Assembly (NCBI RefSeq): GCF_006345805.1
Contig: NW_021834874.1
Location: 1 to 44,860 of the forward strand
Origin: Octopus sinensis
Taxonomy: Eukaryota
Reading direction: 5' to 3'
Length of the DNA stretch: 44,860 nucleotides
Under the pieces are notes generated by a model, which was not told where the DNA came from, searched no databases, and saw only the letters and a list, made by a program, of their open reading frames with translations. Positions 37,457-44,860 of the stretch are shown here, one piece after another. Positions within the stretch are counted from its first letter, which is position 1. Every line of letters begins with the position of its first letter. Made by a program: the position numbers and the translations under genes.

Positions 37457-39911
37457 ATGTGTGTGTGTGTGTGCACATATGTGCACATATATATGCATAA
37501 GCACATATACATGCATAGCCATACATAAACATATATATATGTGTGTGTGTGTGTGTGTATCCAACATGTCTATATTCTCTGTGTGTCTGTATATGTATAT
37601 TTATACATGTATATACATATGTGTGTGTTTATAGTTGTGTATGCATATATATGCATAGATACTCATACATGTATGTATAGGTAAGTATGTATGTATGTAT
37701 GTATGTATGTATGTATGTATGTATGTATGTATGTATGTATGTATGTATGTATGGGTGGGTGGGTGGGCAGGGCGGTGGGGCGAAAGAGAGTGAGAAGCAG
37801 GGAAAGACTGAGGAACGATATACGAGATTTGTATTAGTGAGAAGTAGAGAGCTGTAAGCTCATGTACAAGATTGTAATATGAATATAAAATATATAAATA
37901 TCTCATAAACCCATAAGATGTTTTAATGGCCCGTGCTTGGCTGCGGTTTTATGGCGTCGTTAAAAGGATGAGAGATAGATTTCTCCTCTGAGATCACACC
38001 AGTCTACCATAGTTAGACATCTCCAGATGACCTGCTGGCTACTGCAGACATATGGGAAATGGCTGTTTGTGGCGTGTCAGCCATTACAATAAACTTGTAA
38101 TGTTTTTACGCCTGGTTTCTTGAGGTTGAGAAGAGCAACCGCTGTCGTGTTTGGACTGAGACCACCTTGTCCCTGTTTATTCAATCTCCAATTAAACAAG
38201 GGATTGATCAATGAAGTTGTCTCTATGTGCGACACTAGCTGATATAAAAAAAAACACATCCAAACCGCTCTGAAACCACACCGTGCTTCCTTAAAGAATC
38301 CAAGCGTAATTGATATAATGTAACACTATAGGTGTGTAAACGATGAAGGATAACATAAAGCCAATAACGATGAAGGACAGGTTTGCTTCTTCAGACCTGA
38401 TCTCGGATTTAATACCGTCAACAACAAATAAACAAACGGATGTCACCCTGGAAGGTGGAGTGAGTACAGTATGCCCCGACAGCAATGTTCATATCTGAAT
38501 GTGCAGTACTAGGTAGGGCTCAATATGTTATATCTATAGATCGCTCGTAGACAATCGTCCTGTAACTTAGGGACTTGTCTGATTTTATACATAACAACAG
38601 CAGCAACAGCAACAACAATGACAACAACGAATGATAATCACTACAAGATCCCAAAACTAACTGAATTCCTTATTGCTGACAATTTCCACTTTTGCACAAT
38701 TAAAATTTGAAATATGTGGACCAGATATTTGTGGCTGAATTTCAGGGACAGACAGCTATGGAAGTTATACTTCTGAGGGTTTGAAATTCAAGAAAATACA
38801 AAATAGACAACCAGAATTAGAACCTTACAGGTCTTTTAAGGGCAGAGAGTCTAAGAAAACTAACGAATTACAGTGACTTCTACCGGTAACTAATTGCTTT
38901 GAATAAGAAATAATTCTGCGATCTCTGGCGTATCACACTATTTGCACTAAATTAATTACAATTCGTCTATAATTAACAACAACCTAATACTTGAGTGAAT
39001 TGTATATCAAAACACATTTTATGGCAGGTTGAGAGAATTGATTTCATTAATGTAGCATTTATAAACAGGATGAACCCACACGAATGACAAATATTGACCT
39101 GCAAGAAAGTAGGGTCAGTTTTACACGGTATACATGGAAATTCCCATAATTTTAATCAATTTGGCATCGAGTCGTATTCGAGTAGATATGATCGTTGGAC
39201 TGATACGGTGAATAAGTAACAATGGTACTACAGAGAAAAATATATTGACTGGCTGTAGCTTATTTGAACGGAAAATGTGCGTAAAAAGTCCATTATTGTA
39301 ATCCACTCGGTAAGGCCTCCTCCGCCAAGTCAGGAACGGATGGAAATGTGCAAGCGATTAAAACAAATGAGAAGGAATAAAGACTTGACTTCCGCTCCAG
39401 TTATCACTGCCTCTTCATGCAAAATCTAAAACTTTTAAAAGTCTAAGCCTGTTCCGCGTTCGCATGTGGCATATATTTGTAAACCTTCAAATTCTTCTTT
39501 CTCCCTTCGTTTGTCCCCCTCTATCTCTCACTCTCCCTTTCACTCTGTCACTCTCTCTCTCTTTTTCTCTCTTTGTCTCCCTCTTTATCGATCTATCTAT
39601 CTAATACTCTCTCCCTTGCACTTAGGAACGATATAAATAGATACATAAACACACACACAGATATACATATGTATATGTACATTATATAGAGGAAACTCAG
39701 ACAATTTGTTTCTGTGTGGTCACAATTAAGCATCATTATTTGTCAAAACCTATATAAGTATATACATAATTCATAAACATACAGACGCATAAATACATAA
39801 AATACATCTATATACCTGCATATTCATACACATACACATACAAACACGCGAAGGCGTAGATATTACACATACATACATACATACATACATACATACATAC
39901 ATACATACATA

Positions 39912-40762
39912 CGAGGTCTGATCAGTAAGTATCCGGACTGTTGACATAGTACACAGAGTGAAGCCGCTTGGCAAAGATTGACCTGGAACTCTGATGTGCA
40001 TGCGCACAAAGTTTTAACGCTCTAGTTTACTGCCGCTGTTTACAGCAGTGCTTGGAAGGAAGGTGTGTAGCGTGTGATCGTCGCATTGACCGTGACAGAG
40101 TAAGTTACCATGTTGATAACTGTTCGGAGGCCTGCGCAAGGTTGCAGAAAATGTATGGGAAGAAGCGTATGAGCCGCACGTTTCAAAGAAGTTGCCAAGA
40201 TGGTCGAAAAAATGTCGATATTGACGAACGTTCTGGGAGACCTGCAACCAGAAAAACTGAGGAAAACATCGCAGATGTGCGAGCAGCTGAAGGGAAATCG
40301 TCGAATCACCATCCGAGAATTATTAGAGGGTGTGCAGATTAGTTACGGTTCAGTTCAGTCCATTATCAATGAAAATTTGGGTATGATACGCGTGTCAGCC
40401 AAGTTTGTGCCAAAACTGCTTTCAGCAGACCAAAAGGACACCCGGATTTCAGTTAAACAGGATCTCTTTGATTGTGTCGAGAACGATGAAAACTTTTTGA
40501 AAAGTTTGCGTAGGCCTCTGAGCACATATCGTCAAGATTTTGGCAAAATTTGAGCCAGATTTTCTAGTCAGCTTTCTTTGTCATGGTCAATGCGACGATC
40601 ACACGCAACAAACCTTCCTTCTATAAAACTTAGTGCGCATGCACGGCAGAGTTCAGGGTCAATCTGCGCCAAGCGGCTTCACTCTGCGCCAAGCGGCTTC
40701 ACTCTGCGTGCTTTAACTTCGTTACTATGGCAACAGCCTGGGTACTTATGGATCAGACAACG
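39912..40762 (+). mobile_element. Internally deleted mariner element with both TIRs and TA TSD
   Basis: Left TA-CGAGGTCTGATCAGTAAGTATCCGGACTG; right end reverse complement TA-CGTTGTCTGATCCATAAGTACCCAGGCTG. The transposase N-terminal half is present (ERSGRP, RRITIREL, RVSAKFVPKLLS, DENFL) and the catalytic domain is absent. Confidence 0.88.
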
Positions 40763-40789
40763 TACATAATACACGCACTCATCACACGT

Positions 40790-40795
40790 ACATAT

Positions 40796-40866
<71 letters not shown>

Positions 40867-40949
40867 GTGTGTGTGTAATGTATATATATATACCATATAT
40901 ATACATATATATATACATATACATATATATATACACATATATATCAATA

Positions 40950-41004
<55 letters not shown>

Positions 41005-41150
41005 CATTTATATATATATACATTTATATATATATATTCACATGTATACATACGCATACTTATATACATAACTTGTATATGTATAAATTATGTATACGTA
41101 TACATACGTATATACAAACACATACATACGGGAATACACACATAGATGTA
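40790..41150. repeat. Compound (TA)n/(TACA)n microsatellite
   Basis: Direct reading. Confidence 0.9.
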
Positions 41151-41425
41151 TCCATAGGTGTAAACTGGTAATGTATACTGAACAGTAAAGAGAGAAATGT
41201 TTACATGAGAACATCATTTTTGTACATTATTAGAACTCGTCAAAGTAATGAACTGGCACGTAAGTTCTCAGTTTGTCCACCTACTCTCATATAACTGAGA
41301 ATTACCCATCCATGACTATCAAATGCTGCCCACTTACAACAGCGACTCGGAGGACAAATGCTCATGATACCAGCAGAACGTTACGCATGGGTAAATATCT
41401 TCGTAGCTAGAGTGTATCATCAATA

Positions 41426-41619
41426 TTCTTTTCTAATCTAGGCACAAGGCCCAAAATTTTGGGAGAGGGGATCAATCGACTAGCATTTAATTTATCGACC
41501 TCGAAAGGATGAAAGGCAAAGTTGACCTCGGCGGAATTTGAACTCAGAACGTAAAGGCAGACGAAATACCATTGAGTATTTCGCCCGGCTTGCTAACGAC
41601 TCTGCTAGCTCGCTGCCTT
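41426..41619 (-). mobile_element. Family B SINE with GGCCTTGTGCC-type tail
   Basis: Head AAGGCAGCGAGCTAGCAGAGTCGTTAG...GAGTTCAAATTCCGCCGAGGTCAACTTTGCC; tail GGCCTTGTGCCTAGATTAGAAAAGAA. Confidence 0.85.
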
Positions 41620-41640
41620 GAGAATACTATCAATAGTGAC

Positions 41641-41863
41641 AAGGCGAGTAAGGCATTCTGGTAGAATCGCTAGCACACAGGACAAAATGCCTGACCGAAT
41701 TTCACTTGTTTTACGTTCCGTGTTCAAATTCCTCCGTGACCGACTTTGCTTTTCTTTCGGTTTCGATTAAATGAGTACCAATTAAACACTGAGGTCGATT
41801 TAATCAATTAGCACCCCCAGCAGCAGCATTGCCGGCCTTGTGCTTATTGTAGAAAGTAATATT
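41641..41863 (+). mobile_element. Family B SINE (diverged), head-to-head with the previous copy
   Basis: CTGGTAGAATCGCTAG...GTGTTCAAATTCC...GACTTTGC...GGCCTTGTGCTTATTGTAGAAAG. Confidence 0.75.
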
Positions 41864-42414
41864 AACAGGAAGGGTAACCTCTCAGGGCCTATGATAGGTA
41901 TATGACATCTGAGACAGTTACGGTTTCCGAATTTAGAAACAGGTGACGGCTGTCAATATACCTAGTATTGAAGCTTACATGTAATAGAAAACATCGATTG
42001 GGTCGTACAAGTGTGGAAGATGTCATCCACTGCACAAATATGTGGCAAGGTACCGACAAAGTCCTGGCAAGATACCGGCAGACATGATAGTGGCACGGTA
42101 CCAGCTTTGTATGAAACACAAAAAAGTATTTATAACGTTATTTGAAGAAACGATTATCCTGACGAACACGCAGACGCATATCCGAATCAATCAGAATATG
42201 TCCACATCTTTAAAAGTAACGACTGTTTATAATATAACGTTCAAATAAAAGTAGTGCTACGTTTCCAACACAAGAGATAGTGTTCCATTGGGCCAGAGAA
42301 CAAATGTTATACACTGTTGTAGAAATCAGCTGCTCAAGGAAGAGGAAAATTATGTCTAAATTTAGAGAAAACAAAACTTTTATGGAGTAATAACATCTCT
42401 TTCTTAGTATCAGA

Positions 42415-42492
<78 letters not shown>

Positions 42493-42522
42493 TATTTATC
42501 GACCTCGAAAGGATGAAGGCAT

Positions 42523-42666
42523 ATGACGGATGTCTGTCCTCATCTTGCTTGTTGTTAACACAACGTTTCGGCTGATATACCCTCCAGCCTTCGTCAGGTG
42601 TCTCGGGGAAATTTCGAACCTGGGTTCTCATTCATAAGGTATTTTTCGATATTATTATTATTATTA

Positions 42667-42730
<64 letters not shown>

Positions 42731-42858
42731 CATCATCATTATTATTATTATTATTATTGTTATTATTATTATTATTATCATTATTATTCAGGTCAGTGCC
42801 TGGAATCGAACTCGAAATCTTGGGGATTGTAGCCCGCGCTCTTAACCACTACGCCATA
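42523..42858 (-). mobile_element. tRNA-headed SINE-like element with internal (AAT)n and a Penelope-like 3' region
   Basis: Head TATGGCGTAGTGGTTAAGAGCGCGGGC...GAGTTCGATTCCAGG (42790-42858; A- and B-boxes), (AAT)n at 42652-42789, then a region carrying a hammerhead motif. Confidence 0.8.
42557..42602 (-). ncRNA. Minimal type I hammerhead ribozyme motif (Penelope-type, predicted dimer-acting)
   Basis: Minus strand GACAC-CUGACGA-A-GGCUG-GAGGGUAUAU-CAGCC-GAAA-CGUU-GUGUU. Conserved CUGANGA and GAAA cores, 5-bp stem II, 5-bp stem I (GACAC/GUGUU, one wobble), palindromic ACGU stem III. Activity not demonstrated. Confidence 0.7.
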
Positions 42859-42932
42859 TACTGTATAGATCAGATTGTATATAAATGTTAAATGCCCTGA
42901 TGAATAGTGTACCCTTCAATTATCTCTTTGTA

Positions 42933-43099
42933 CGGGGGGTGGCTGAAAAGCTCCTAGGTTTATGAGTATCGGAAAAGGCCTGCTTGAAGCCCCAATCTTC
43001 CGAGTTCTTTTACAGGGCTTAGAAAAATTGAAGGACCGCTGCAATAAGTGTGTGAATCTGAGATGGGAATATGCGGAATAAAATCATATTTAACTGATC
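42933..43099 (+). mobile_element. Mariner-derived MITE, right end truncated (same family as 8450-8645)
   Basis: TA-CGGGGGGTGGCTGAAAAGCTCCTAG TIR; LQGLEKLKDRCNKCVNLRWEYAE-stop resembles a mariner transposase C-terminus. Confidence 0.7.
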
Positions 43100-43129
43100 G
43101 TTAATATACATATATATGTGTGTGTGTGT

Positions 43130-43171
<42 letters not shown>

Positions 43172-43545
43172 GTGTGTGCGTGTACGTATGAATGAAACAC
43201 CGTCTGTATTCTTATTCTTCTGCTCGTGGGCATTTGTAAAAACAAACAGACGAAATGATTTAACCTTTGTATTGTTAGAAATTGGCATAAACCAATAAGT
43301 AATCACTTCCGGTGATTGCATGGAATAAAAATGTGGTTTCTGGAACGTATACTTCCTCTGTATACATTAGCTACCGGTCTGTAAAAGGTGGTGGCTCCAC
43401 CCGAGTTCGAACTCTGACAAATCTGTTGTAATGATTCCATTTGTTCACAGTTTATTATTGATATATTTACTGGTCTCCCTCCCTTAAAAAATATAACCAT
43501 CTGCTTTTATATCCCTCTCTTTCCTTTCTCAATACATATACATGC

Positions 43546-43576
<31 letters not shown>

Positions 43577-43592
43577 ATATATACATATATAT

Positions 43593-43670
<78 letters not shown>

Positions 43671-44319
43671 TCTTGGCAATAATCCACAGATCCACTCTAC
43701 AAAGTGCATCAGAATTAGTTTTAACATGAACATTTAAACCATTTTGCTCTATAAATGTCCATATAAATTATCAATTATTTGCATCTCTGACATTAACACC
43801 ATACAATAAGAGATCGTTGAGGTACATTCAAATACATAATAGAAACGAAATATGCGAGATCTTATTTCTTAACATTTAATCTACTAAAGTAATTTTCTGT
43901 TTCGAGAACTGTTTTTCTCATCAGACAGTGTGAAAACAACATAGAATCTCTTTGTGGTCAAGAATATGTAGTCATTATATACTTCTAGCATTTGTTATGA
44001 CCTACTGTACTTACTGTAGTTTTATATTTTCTTGGATGAAGGTATATTTCGGGGTAAAGACACGTCCAAGATCTATATTGGATCATAATACTCAGTAACA
44101 ACAGACGTTCGTACTCCACAGAGTATAATCGCAGTTAGTCTTAGCCAGTTATTTTCATTAGATGTTCAACATATTTTCATATTCTTTCTCATGTATTTTG
44201 TGATATAATATTAAATCTATACTGAGAAAGATTAAAACGAAAGAGTTTACATCTGAAACATCAAGTGAAGAAAAGATTCATGATTTCCCCTCAGACCAAC
44301 TGTTCTCCATATACATACA

Positions 44320-44393
44320 TGCATATATATAAATAATATATATATAATGTATATGTATATCAATATGTATGTATGCTTGTAGATATGTATATA

Positions 44394-44473
<80 letters not shown>

Positions 44474-44597
44474 GTATATATATATATATATATATATATA
44501 TCCATATGTATGTATGCCTGTATATGTGTGTGGTATTTATAATATATACACGCACACCACAAACACATGTCTGTGTGCATGTATATAAGGATGTGTG

Positions 44598-44638
<41 letters not shown>

Positions 44639-44730
44639 TGCGTGGATATATATATGTACATACACGGGCACATATACATATCTATATATATATATGTGTG
44701 TGTGTGTGTGTATGTGTATATATATGTGTG
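44320..44730. repeat. Compound (TA)n/(TG)n microsatellite
   Basis: Direct reading. Confidence 0.9.
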
Positions 44731-44860
44731 TGTGTTCCTACAAATCCCCCCGTCGTGCGCTACACTTAAATGAGAGTGTTTCAATGTCATGTGCAATTAA
44801 ACACCATTATGGGTATAAATTTTTGTATATATGACAATTTCTGCACATGTATTACTACAT

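Noticed and set aside
38291-38485. 64-aa ORF with a hydrophobic stretch (also 39121..39306 and 43303..43500)
   Set aside because: Length within chance expectation; no recognisable family.
42790-42858. tRNA gene calls for SINE heads (here and at 205-260, 23690-23770, 35161-35230)
   Set aside because: A- and B-boxes are present but I cannot fold a complete cloverleaf, and each is attached to a repeat body.

Overview
Repeat-dominated eukaryotic window with no confidently identifiable host protein-coding gene; most of the supplied ORFs are artefacts of microsatellites. The SINE families and extreme microsatellite load strongly resemble octopus (coleoid cephalopod) DNA. That species call is an inference from recognised repeats, not a database result. 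Contents: a 5'-truncated CR1-clade LINE (1112-2398, -); a 4.8 kb Tx1-clade LINE with ORF1 zinc knuckle and frameshifted APE-RT-CCHC ORF2 (13925-18731, -), bracketed on both sides by (GATA)n and lying tandem to a second Tx1 subfamily 3' end (18841-19635, -); an R4/Dong-like 3' fragment ending in (AAT)n; an internally deleted Helitron with both termini and an A|T target (24365-28621, +); a Helentron-type non-autonomous element; several mariner relics and MITEs; and about 15 tRNA-derived SINE copies or fragments. Best leads: (1) a tRNA-headed SINE carrying a minimal Penelope-type hammerhead ribozyme motif (42523-42858); (2) Tx1 LINEs that target or seed (GATA)n, plus a related 3' end on (TTC)n; (3) a SINE whose 3' tail matches those Tx1 3' ends, suggesting a Tx1-dependent SINE with swappable tails.
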